Of a stretch of 64,000 bases of DNA, positions 12,533 through 24,032 are shown one piece after another. Source of the stretch: Spizellomyces punctatus DAOM BR117 (lineage: Eukaryota); assembly GCA_000182565.2 (NCBI GenBank), contig KQ257467.1; one strand, 5' to 3'. The notes beneath the pieces were generated by a model. That model ran no database searches, was not told the DNA's origin, and saw only the letters and a list, made by a program, of their open reading frames with translations. Made by a program: the position numbers and the translations under genes. Numbering within the stretch: position 1 is the stretch's first letter; every line of letters begins with the position of its first letter.

Positions 12533-13388
12533 GTCTGTTGGCCGTCTTGAACCCCTCTCCAATATTCGTATAGCTTATACAGGTCAAAAGGGCCGGTGAA
12601 ACTAAAAACAGCGAAAACGTCTGATCGGTGTTTTCAGACCCGCGCGGTGTTGTTGCTGATATAATCATGGCACGTGTCCTGCCTCATATCACGCCCGATG
12701 TTTAAGGCCATCAGCGTTTTTCAATGGCAAGATACGGGGCATCTTACGCTTTATCCATACTTGGAAGACGCTGGATAAACGTTGGCCTTGTCTCTGAGCC
12801 ATGATGATGTTGTCGTAATTAGAGGAAGATACGCAAGAAACTGGTTTTATATGTTCAATCTTATCCGTGAGATGAAGTCCAGTTCACCTCATTTGCATCA
12901 TCGCCGTAGCGAATGCATTGTTACTGAATTGACGACTATCGCAGTCTACTTTGATGAAGATGGACTGTTTCCAACCAGTTTTGACTTGAAATGTCTCCCG
13001 TACCTGGGTTAGCCTTTAATTGCTTTTCACTATATCATGAAGTTCTTCCTTTTATATATGGTGATTTATACTACTATGGATGTTGAAGTACCTACGACTG
13101 TGAGACCCTTGAAGGACAAGCGCAATATCCATCTAGTTTCACTGGAAGGTTTACTTACCTCCATGTCCCATCAAACCCGTTGATACTTAATGTCCTTGGT
13201 GAAGCCACGTGATTCGGATGTTCAAATTAGTATGGAGGTGATTGAAAATGGCACTAGGACCCATTATTATCCGGATTAATCCGGTTAATCATATCGCATA
13301 ATCAGAACCCCCATCTATTGCTCAAAACGGTGTGGTATGCATGTAATGTTTTTTCTTTTAAACTGCGGTGAGGCACATGCCAAAGGTC

Positions 13389-13395
13389 TATAAAA
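13389..13395 (+). promoter_or_regulatory. TATA box (TATAAAA) ahead of an unannotated small spliced transcript
   Basis: TATAAAAGG followed by a pyrimidine tract and a CA-rich leader, then ATG at 13484 and a canonical intron. Confidence 0.55.
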
Positions 13396-13483
13396 GGGGG
13401 GCCTTCACTGTCTCTTCCCCTTCCTCACCAGTTCCTCGACTCAAATCATCTGCGCAACTCTCAAGCAACTCGCAAGTCCAATC

Positions 13484-13685
13484 ATGAGAATGCAGATGTG
13501 GTGGTGCCGAGGACCTCCACCCAACAACGACAACAACATAACCCCTTACAAACACTACTACTATGCTGCTACGATCGCAGGTATGCATTATCTTTGTATT
13601 TTCCCACGCGTATTCCGAAGTCTAATTATTCTGCTTTCACTTAGTATCTGAACATCCTCCGACGCTTCGGAATCAAAGGGCTTAG
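13484..13685 (+). CDS. Candidate 45-aa spliced micro-ORF (or uORF/lncRNA), unknown function
   Basis: Exon 13484-13580, intron 13581-13644 (GTATGC..CTAAT..TTAG), exon 13645-13685. Translation MRMQMWWCRGPPPNNDNNITPYKHYYYAATIAVSEHPPTLRNQRA*. No family recognised. Confidence 0.4.
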
Positions 13686-13999
13686 TAGGATTTCTCTCGT
13701 GGTGGTGGGCCTAGTTACCCGGTTGACCAACCGTTATCGCATGTGTAATGGGGCCTAGTGGTAGTTAGTTAGTGGAATCGTGCTGCTTTGCACGTACCCC
13801 AGTTCAACCCAGGCTGGAACCTGTAGCGAGTTAGGATAGGGGTGGGACTCGTTTGCAGGATAGGTTATGAAGGGTTGGACAGGCTGGCTAATTGTAACTT
13901 AGAACCGGCTGTAGTGGGTTGGAGGGAGAATTTGTCCCTAGTGACATTTTCTACCACCTGCACACTAAGATCAGCGCTTTTCCAACGATCTAGCGCATC

Positions 14000-16063
14000 A
14001 TGTTTCGACCCATCCTGCCAGCATGTCGTGCTCCACCTATACCAGTCATGGGCTGCTGTCGCCGGCATGCGGTAAGATATCTCATATTTGCACTTTTAGT
14101 GGATATTGCTTTGATACCTCGTAGACTTTGGCTGGCCCTCACCAAAATAGAATGTCCAGGATGCTCGCACCAACCTCTAAAGCTGTACACGCTGCGGATA
14201 ATGCACATTCTGCAGTTAGTCACAATCTTCTGTTAAGGGCAGGATACATAAGGCAGGTAGGTCTCCACGGCTTCTTGGGGAATGGTTAATTGCCATCCAC
14301 TAATAGTTTAGTGCCAAAGTCTTCGGCCGGAATGTACAGTTTTTTGCCGCTCGCCCTACGTGTTCTTGGAAAAATAGAAAGGATCATCGACGAAGAAATC
14401 CAACGTGTAGGTATGCTGGCACATCCAATGGACTAACATCAAGGTGATTCATCTGCTCATAAATGAGGTTTGCGCAGGTGGTCAAAAGCTATCTTTGCCA
14501 TGTCTCCTCCCATCCGATGGTTGGAAGAAAACGGGACGCTGGGAATCAACTGGTTCTGAGGTACGCTGCTAGCTCCCCTCTACCTGGATCTGAAAATAGA
14601 TATGTATACCGTGCTATAGATGTTTAAGGTTACCGATCGGAAAGGAGGCGAGTTTTGCTTAGCACCAACTCACGAGGAAGAGATCACGCAGCTAGTCGCT
14701 GCAGAGGTTTCCTCATGGAAACAACTACCGCTTCGCCTATACCAAACAGGTGAATAGTCTGGAATCGATATGTAATACTGTAGCCCATATTCATATCGAA
14801 ACATGTAGGACGTAAATATCGCGATGAAGCACGGCCAAGGTCGGGGCTGCTTCGTGCCCGGGAATTCATCATGAAAGACCTTTACTCTTTCGATGCAACT
14901 GAAGAAGCTGCCTTAGCAACCTATGATGAACTAAGGAATGCTTACGACCGAATATTGAAAAGGATTGGCATACCGTTTGCTGCTGCAGAAGCTGATAGCG
15001 GAAATATTGGAGGAACGAGGTCTCACGAGTACCATTTTCTATCAACTGGTGGGTTTGCTGTGAGGGATAGCGTTTCTGTCAAGCTGAAGGCTGATGACTA
15101 CGGGCAGTTGGCGAAGATACACTTTTGACCTGCAACAATTGCGGGTATACCGCGAATGAAGAAAGAGCAGTGGGAATCCTAAGGCCACCGCAGAATGACG
15201 ACATGACCACGGAGGAACTACGATTCAGCTTCGGAAGACAGGATCAGAGCGAATGGTGCAATGCTAGTGTTACGGTACCAAATGGTCGCACGCTGAATCC
15301 CGCAAAGCTTAAAGCACATCCAGCCCTGAAAGGATTAGTCGTCAAATTCAATAATCCAACGGAGTCAAATGCCTTTCCCAACGAAACGAAATTCATTGAT
15401 CACAGAGTTCGAAGAAGGGAAACTGCATTGGATGACTCTCGGACGCATATTGGAGACTTCACCATGATCCAACATGGTGATGGGTGTTCCGTTTGCAACA
15501 GTGCATCTCAACACCATGATTCGCAGCCATCTCAATTCCTCCAATCCCATCGGGCGATAGAGATCGGTCACACCTTTTTCTTGGGTACAAAATATTCAGC
15601 CTCCCTAGGTGCGACATTCAAAAACGAGAAGCAAGAGGTTGTTCCGATGCAAATGGGCTGCTTCGGCATAGGCGTGACTAGGATGATGGCCGCGGTGGTT
15701 GAGGCCAGCCATGATCAGCATGGCATTATTTGGCCAGAGTCTATTGCCCCATATCGCATATGCATCGTTCCAATGTTAAACAAGAAGAGCGCGCTAGAAC
15801 AACAGCGGGCCATATCAGGTGCCATTGAGCAACTTTACAGCCTTTTAAAGGATGCAGCTGGGCAGGAGGATATTGTTGTTGACGATCGAGAAGATATGAC
15901 CCTCGGATTCAAAATGAAGGATGCCTCGCTGATTGGGTATCCTTACATGATCGTGTTGGGAAAAACGTTCTTGCAGGACGGATTGGTGGAAGTCCATATA
16001 AGAAAAACGGAGGAAAAGCGCTTGATGAGGATCGAAGATATTACAACAATGTTCAATCATTAG
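14000..16063 (+). CDS. AIM10: Mitochondrial (bacterial-type) prolyl-tRNA synthetase
   Basis: Basic presequence [88 protein letters not shown]-terminal anticodon-binding domain. Confidence 0.93.
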
Positions 16064-16156
16064 TTATTGATACAAAGTTCAGTGTACATTGTACTTAATT
16101 TAATCTTCCTCGCATTTACAAAACATTCCTAAATAATTATTGACCGACACCGGCTG

Positions 16157-16974
16157 TCACCATACCGCTGGTGCCTCGTCCACGATCTCACTTATTGTCA
16201 TTGGTATTGGATCTCTCGCAACGGTGTCAATCACCTCACGCAATACTTGTGCGGGTGCCGTAGAGAACAAAGTAGCCGGGTAGTTTCTGGTACCCCAATT
16301 CGGATGCACAAGGATTCTACAGCATCCTGCCTGGACGGTTGTATATCTCAAAAGCCGCACACTTCCGTCCACATCGGGGTATATACAGCTTCCTCTAGAC
16401 GAGAACATTGGATAGCCTGAAGCAGGGTCCGTCATATCCGCCCAGTAATTGAGGTGGCGTAAGAAAGACACGACGCGAGTAGCCCACGCATATACCTACG
16501 GAGGTAGAAATTTACGCAATGAGACGACACGTCAACAATGAAAAGGGCAAGCAATGAGGGTCTCACATATTCCAATAGAAGGTCACGTTCCCAATTTGTC
16601 TCACCAGAGACGGCGACCAAGTCATGGACCGTCTTTTGGAATGTCGGCACAATGACCAAGTTTTCCAAGCCTGCGCTTTGACTTTTCAAGTTGGGAAAGA
16701 TCAATGCAAGATCCCTCAACAGGTAGCGACTAGGTTTGTGAATGGAATACTGGAATTCCGTTGTATTTGGAGGTATGACGGCGTCTCGTTTTGATCTGAA
16801 TGTGTTGAAGGTCGCCTCGGTTGACAGGATCGAGGAGTCGGTGGGGGAAAAGGATAGAAGCAACTTTGTTGGGGGGACGAGCGTAAGTGGAGCGGAACGT
16901 CTGTGTTCTTTGGGAGAGGATAGCGTAGAAGGAAGGATGTGGCAAGCAGATGCGCTTGATGTCGATGGTGGCAT
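16157..16974 (-). CDS. MMADHC: Cobalamin trafficking protein CblD (MMADHC family); 2 exons
   Basis: FQYSIH..RDLALIFP..FQKT..ERDLLLE..YWADMTDPASGYP..GCCRILVHPNWGT..PATLFSTAP match MMADHC C-terminal motifs. Intron 16496-16566. Confidence 0.88.
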
Positions 16975-17218
16975 TGGGGGCCCAAACTGCGCGAAGTCCA
17001 AAGTCGGAGATCCTCCGACATCGCTTGGCTGATAAAACTGGAAACGGCAAAGTTTGGGGCGTCCCTCGTCATTTACCTTTTTATGGATAAATAATGCATG
17101 TGATTCCACGTGGCTTCAGAGCTTATCGTTTTGGGCGGCGACCAAAAGTCGACGGTTTCGTCGCACATTTGTAGGACACTTGCCAGAAAGCACTTTGACC
17201 GCATCAACAGGACGCAGG

Positions 17219-20200
17219 ATGACTGTCAAGGATGTTATCAAAAATAGTGAGTGGATTGTAAAGTTTAGTTATTTGACCCTGCAAGCTCTTGACACCTGCC
17301 TTGTAAAGAAATCCTCCAGGACATGGTGCAGGCGGTGAACCCGCCGGGCAAGTGGAAGGTTATGGTAGTGGACGACGAGGCCCTTCGAATTTTGAATACT
17401 GTTTGCAAGCTCTCGGATTTAACGGACGAGCATGTCATTTGTAAGAACTGAAGCTATTGACGTTTCGACCGTACCGTCCAATTTACCCTACAGTTTATAG
17501 CGGTAGAAGGGCTTGCGAAACGAAGGCAGCCTTACCCCGATAGGGAAGCGATTTACTTCATTTCTCCGGATCCTGCCTCAGTTCAACGCATCATTGATGA
17601 CTACACGCAACCGAAGCCTCCCTATGCTGCCATTCATATATTTTGCTCTGCCCGTAAGTCCCCGTGTTCAAATGTGTCAACCGTGCTTTTTGGTTCACAG
17701 ATTGCTGTTTGTGATTGTAGCTCTCTCAGATACTCTGTTTGAGAAAATAAAACGGTCGCCTGCTTCGAAATTCATACAAAGCTTGAAGGAACTGAATGTT
17801 GACTTCTCAGGTACAGTGGCATTGAAGAAGAGATGCGATAGGTTCAGGAAACTGACTTTTCGGCGAATCAGCGCCCGAATCGCACGTCTTCACCGTAGAT
17901 TTCCCAAACTCACTCAAAACCGCTTTCAACCCTCAAACTCCCTCTCTGCAAAACTACGAGCTGGAAAAGATTGCAAAGAGGGTATGTACAGCGTCTTCCA
18001 CAACCGCATACGGCATCCGTGTCGGTAATCTAATGCCAACATCCTATTCCACAGCTCGCGTCAGTACTAGCATCTTTAGGGGAGTATCCGTATATCCGTT
18101 ATCATGATCCATCCGGCGGGAAGAAGGCCAGCGCGGCCGGTAAACTAGCAGAATTAGTTCAGGCAGAGCTCGATAGTTTGTCTCGCATCAACCCAAACTT
18201 TCCGCCGCAAACTCAATATCAGCGAGCAATCCTGGTCATTATGGACAGAGCTGTCGATCTGCTTACACCCATCATCCATAGTTTTTCGTATCAAGCAATG
18301 GTGATGGATTTACTCGGCCTTGAAGATATGAAATACAGGTGCAGCCAAAACGAGATACTGCGTGGATGCTTGGAACAGACCGTGACTGATCTTTTCCTAT
18401 GTAGCCCTGCCGACGGTGACCCGGTTAAGCTGGACGAGAGTGACCTTGTGTGGGTGCGTTCAGGGTTCTTTTGCGCTTGCGGCTTAGGCGACAGGCCATA
18501 ACCTGTACATCATTTTCCTTTTACAGAATCAGGCTCGACACTGGCACATAGCGGAAGTCATGGAATATCTTGCAGACGCAGTAAATAAGTTCACTACCGA
18601 GAACAAGGCGGCCGCATTCGCCATGAAGCGGAATAACTCGGGGTGCGTTGATACCTAGGGTCACTGGTGCATGATGGGAAGTCACTGACTGTTACTGGTT
18701 TTGATACAGAGGGTCAAGCTTGGATCAGATCCAGCAGATGAAGGATACCATGGCTCACTTGCCTCAGTTCCAGGAAATGAAAGCCAAGGTGTGCATATCC
18801 GTGATCAGAAAGTTGCGCGAATATTCGCGTTTACTAACGATGGTGATCAGTATTCTCTTCACACAAGTCTTTGCCATGAGGCAATGAAAGCCTACAATGG
18901 CCGCCGATTAGAACGGATATCACAAATAGAGCAAGATCTTGCAACGGGAGAAACGTCAGATGGAAGGTCCCCACGACTTTCTTTGATGGAAGTCATATCG
19001 TTACTGGATGATCCGAGGATCGAGTATGTATACATTATCAGTATCGGTCGTTCAGCGGCATCTTTTTAAAGACAGAAATGAATTTGTTCGATTCAGGCAT
19101 GAAGAGAAACTCCGTCTTGTGATGTTCTACGTAATTGCGCAAAATGGAATGTCGGACAGCGACCGGCAAAAGCTTATGGAGCACGCGAAACTGACGTTGG
19201 AGGAGTCTCAAGCTGTGCATAATCTCAGTATGTTAGGAGTACGATTGAGTGCCAGCTTAATGGGACGCAAAGGAGACAACAAGGTACATCATTAGCGTTG
19301 ATTTCACGGTGACCTTGATGTCCAGCCTCTGACTTGGACCATGCGACTTCATACGTTCATCAGGGGCAATACGCGTATGGCATGCGCGATAAGGGGAAGG
19401 AACACAAGTTTGAAAATAGCCGATTTACACCCATCATCAAATATATCCTAGAGGTGAGTGTAACTCAAATCTGGTGTCATTTCCGAGCGATATTCATTGA
19501 GCGCGACGTAGGACCAAGTCAAAAATGTCGTTGAGGGGATAACCTTTCCGTGGGTCCGTGAGCCGCCATCTTCCGAGCTAGGTGGCAGGCCAATGACATG
19601 GGCGGCATCTGGATCAGCAGCGTCAGGAGCTCCATCTGCGGCCGGATCTGTGAGAACTAAAGCATCCTGGGCAACACGACGAGCAGTAGTGTCCGCTAAC
19701 GCGAATGGGACTGCGACGGGATCTGGCGGGCTGGCGGGGCTGCAACCGCGTCCAACAGAGAATTTGCGCGCAAATGGGCCTCGGGTGATAGTGTTTGTAC
19801 TAGGGGGCCTGACGCCGAGCGAACTGAAGGCGTGTTACGATGTCATGAAGGACCAGCAGAGGGAAATCATTGCTGGTAAGCACGCGCCTGTGAACTTGGG
19901 TATCTATTTTGCAAAGGCATCTTTAACCGAATATACATGATTTTCGTATTGATACTCAGGGTCTACCCACCTCATCAATCCTATGCACTTTGTCGAGGAT
20001 GTTAAAGATCTGCACCGACATGGTCCTTCTAGACCACCGCGACCCGCAGGATCCAGCCGTGCATCACTTCCGGAAAGGGCAAGTAGCAGCCCATCAATAG
20101 GCGATAGATCGCCACGGTCGACGGCGCGAGATATGAATGGTGGTTCGGCGTACCCAGCGCGATCTTCCAAGCATTCTACAGCACGCACTGATTCTGCTCC

Positions 20201-20426
20201 TGCCATAATTGGACCTCGGACAGGCAGTTCCGGAGCCGTCGCTTCGAGAATTGGCAACATTGAAAACCGATTAGCAGGGATGAATCTTTCCGAGCGTCCG
20301 CCGATAGGGGGTGCGTCGGGAAAGCCTGCTAATGGACGTAGCGCGCTGCGAGAAGACAGTGCAAGTCGCTCAGTGAACATAGATAAAGAGCGAGAGAAGA
20401 AGAAGGGCTGGTTTACTCGAAAATAG
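17219..20426 (+). CDS. SEC1: Sec1/Munc18 SM protein
   Basis: KWKVMVVD, RQPYP..EAIYFISP, LKELNVDF, LVIMDRAVDLLTPIIHSFSYQAM, EQDLATGE, SRFTP, RVIVFVLGGLTPSE; many short introns; last exon stops at 20426. Confidence 0.93.
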
Positions 20427-20708
20427 GCCGTAGGAGATTTTGTATGGTTCAAAGCGGACTCTCATGTACATATTTCATTCCTGACACACAGGATGGGGTT
20501 GGTTAATCACCAGCATTTTGTCCCCTCCGTTATCGTCTTCCGCCTTTTTATACTTTTCATCATTTTGCCCGAGTACAACCCTTTTTAACACTGGTCGGGA
20601 GTTACCTGCTGTGTGCTGTGGCGAAGGGATCTTTGGTAAGCGAATCCACGTCAGCAAAATTTTGTGAAGTTGCGAAGCCGAGCAGCGGTGAAAGCTAGTT
20701 CATCACCA

Positions 20709-21841
20709 ATGGCGCTAAATTCACAGGTAATTACCCGTATTTCTTCAAGTAGCGCTTATTCTGTAAAGCCCATCTCACACATTTTATCCTGGTGCAGATC
20801 GTCAACCTGCTGGTTGTCTTTGGCCTTGTGCAGATCGTAGGTAGTCCCTTGTTACATATTTCTACGATCTGGCGATCCGACAAGCCGTGAGCCTGCAATT
20901 GTGCAGCGCATCACGTCGTCCACACACGCTGTACGCTACCATGGTTGATTAACGCCGCTGTATCTTTGACAGGCTAACCGTTTTGATCTCGACAATGAGG
21001 CCAATGTGCAGTAAGTAGCTCAATGGACACCAATACGTAAAAGATACGCCCTCACGCAACCTTTTGTGCCATAGCTATCTCCGAGCCGCGTACATGGGCA
21101 TGCAAGTGATTGTTGCCATTGTACTGTTCATTGTGTACAGGAGAGTGTTGGCCAAAAAAGGTGGGTAATTAATCGAGTGTAATATACCGACCGCTCTCTG
21201 ATGAATTGCCTTTGACATTCAGATGAAACGCCTCTCGTTTATACGGAAGCGAAGAATCCTATGGAACCCAAGTATGATCTTGCATTTGTGGTAAAGATAT
21301 CTGTGTTCGGTGGCAGTAATGGATTTTTCTTAGAAATGTCGAGACCGTTCGGACAACGATTAAGGACTACGACATCACTAAGTTGAAGGAAACTCTTCGG
21401 GGTCAAGTTGTTGCAATGGCCATTTTGGGTTTCATTCATTACAAGTGGGGTTATCTTCGACCACTTTTGCTGCAGTCTGTTCTGGGACTTCGCACTCTAT
21501 ACCAAGCTCAGCTTGTGCAGGTACGTGAAGTCTTGCAATCCCGAGCAGTTGCATTTAACTTGCTAATTTTATCCGACGCAGGTGCATATTCTTGGAAAGC
21601 CAGCTACTGGCGACTTGGCCAGGCCATGGAAAGCCGCGTCTCCTTTCGGGTGAGTATAAAAGGACATACAGTCCAGGGCACGATTTTCTCGAATACAATA
21701 CTTTAGATTTCTATGTCACAGGCTGATCTTGAACCTATCTTATCTCTACCTACTAGCCAACCTCCCACCGCAGTCAGCGAAAAGGAACTCAAGGCCAAAG
21801 AGAAGAAGGAAGCGAAGAAGAAGCTCATTCACCAAGAATGA
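20709..21841 (+). CDS. PHO88: Pho88/Snd3 SRP-independent ER targeting protein
   Basis: Small exons give MALNSQIVNL..YLRAAY..TTIKDYD..GFIHYKWGYLRPLLLQSV..VHILGKPATGDLARPWK, typical of PHO88. Confidence 0.88.
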
Positions 21842-21969
21842 AGGATGGGGGTGTCTACGTGATATTTGGGCATTCCAAAAAGGATCCTCTCTTTGTTCAT
21901 AGGGTTGATTTGCTAATTAATAGAGTTTGTCTGATCTCGGTTATACTTCATACTTGTGCGTTTGAAAGA

Positions 21970-23535
21970 CTATATCCAATCTCTCGGCGTCCTCAGGACT
22001 TCTAAAAGCTCGGCCTCTGGGCTACCAGGCGTTGGCACATGTCCGTACTCCCAACGTGCAGTCAATGGTAGGGACATTAATACACTCTCAATACGCACTC
22101 CCGGCGTAGCGAGGCCAAACTTTGTTCCCCGATCATGAACCTAAGATAGTCGTGTTAGTTTGGACCGCAAAGCGCCAACATGCAGACGTAAACAAGTACC
22201 AGATTGAACTCTACATATCTCCCTCTGCGCAACTGCTGCCACAACTTGTTCTCTTTCGTGAAGGGCATATCCTTCCGCTTTTGTACAATCGGAACATACT
22301 GATCCACAAAACTTTCTCCACAGTCTTTGACAAAGGCAAAAATCTCTTCGGCGGGCCTGTCTTCCAGATCGTCAAAAAAGATTCCACCAATTCCTCTTCG
22401 TTCACCACGGTGCTTGACATCAAAGTACTCGTCACACCACTTTTTGAAGCGGGGGTAATAAGCTGTGTCGTGATTATCGCAAGCTTGTTTTATAATCTTA
22501 TGAAAATGAATCGCATCTTCTTCAAATAGGTATGAGGGCGTCAGATCACACCCGCCACCAAACCACCATGCCACAGGTTCATCCCCGTTTTCTTCGACCA
22601 ATTCAAAATATCGGTAATTGGCATGGACTGTCGGTGCCATCGGGTTATGAGGATGCATTACAAGGCTAATTCCGGCCACGAACATGTTATACGGTCCTTT
22701 ATCAATTCCTTCTCGTTTGCGCGCGCGCATGTGCTGAAGCATGCCTTCTGGTGCTTTACTGGCCACAATGGAAATGTTTACTCCGGCCTTCTCAAACACC
22801 TTGCCGTCTTGAAGAACACATGAAACACCTTCACCACCTTCCTCCCGGATCCAAGCATCGTGGAAGAAACGGCCACCATTGGGACCTTCAAGTTCCTCTA
22901 CAGCCGATGTTATTTTGTGCTGGAGATGGCGCACCAACTGCTCCATTTTGGCGCTCATCGGCTTCCGCAAGGCAGTCTAGCGAAAAGTCAAGAGCCACAG
23001 GTCAACCGATGTACCCAGTCGTTGCACATACTGCGATATGCGTACCTCTTCTTTCTGCTTGCTTGATGATTTACTTTGAACCCTGCCTTTCAGTTCCTCG
23101 GTCGCTTCGCAATCAATGGTTTTGTGCGAGATCTACATAGTACCAGTCAAGCGGCTTGCAGGTACACTAGAAGACAAACACGCATACCTGGTGCGCATAG
23201 ATCCAACTACTTATACACACGACAGTAGTGCCCAGGATAATTGAAACCGATCGTTTCGCAGTTGGTCTTGCGGAGAAAGAGGGGAGAGTAGAGAGCGATG
23301 CCCGAGGATGTGATACCGTTGACGTGCGCCATGTGGAAGTCCATCTGGCAAGCGAATCAGTGTCCCGAATTAGGGCAAACTTGTAAAGTCGAGCTGTCTT
23401 ACCCTGTGAAGCCCCGTTGTGTTTGGGCCCTTAAAGCTGAAAGAGATGTCGGATCGCCCCGACGGTGAGTTAGGAACTATGTGAAAGATGCCTAAATGAT
23501 AGTGCCCCTAGCGCACCTGTGAAGAATAGTCGCAT
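21970..23535 (-). CDS. HEM13: Oxygen-dependent coproporphyrinogen III oxidase with N-terminal targeting extension; 6 exons
   Basis: [64 protein letters not shown]. Upstream exons 23517-23535, 23403-23436, 23188-23344 and 23046-23132 splice in frame to 22976. Confidence 0.95.
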
Positions 23536-24032
23536 CTCAAATATCGACGCAAATCTGGTATGTCGAGCCTGACTTCCGGTTCACCGTTGGTTAGAACGCA
23601 ACGGTGCTCTGCACACCGTCAAATGTCTTTTTATCTTGCGGGGCCGTACAAGGACGGGAAGCAAAGTAGAACGCATCATGACACACATTCAGTCAATATC
23701 ACGTGGCTATCCACATTGTATTGCAAAAGATGAGATATCTGGCATCAATGCCAGTATGAAGAGCAGCCGACAAACTATACACTCATGGTATTATGTGATA
23801 TCTTATGCCTAGGGATATTGAATGTTAACTGACACAAAATGATATGAGACTTTATCATTTCTTCCATACAGCCTTTTAAAGTCATCCGACACCACGTTCA
23901 TCCCATGTAACGAAATGATGACCTTGGCAGACAATGGCAAAGGATAGCTGCTGAAGATCTCAATGCAATGTTGTACTCTTTGCTTATTCTATCCTAGTCA
24001 TGCAATAAAAGATCCTTGCTCATTACATATAT

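Noticed and set aside
13528-13552. ATAACCCCTTAC as a possible telomerase RNA template
   Set aside because: It does not give a 1.5-copy template for TTAGGG.
13806-13832. CCCAGGCTGGAACCTGTAGC resembles SRP RNA helix 8
   Set aside because: The apical stem does not pair as required, and the locus is spliced and TATA-driven.
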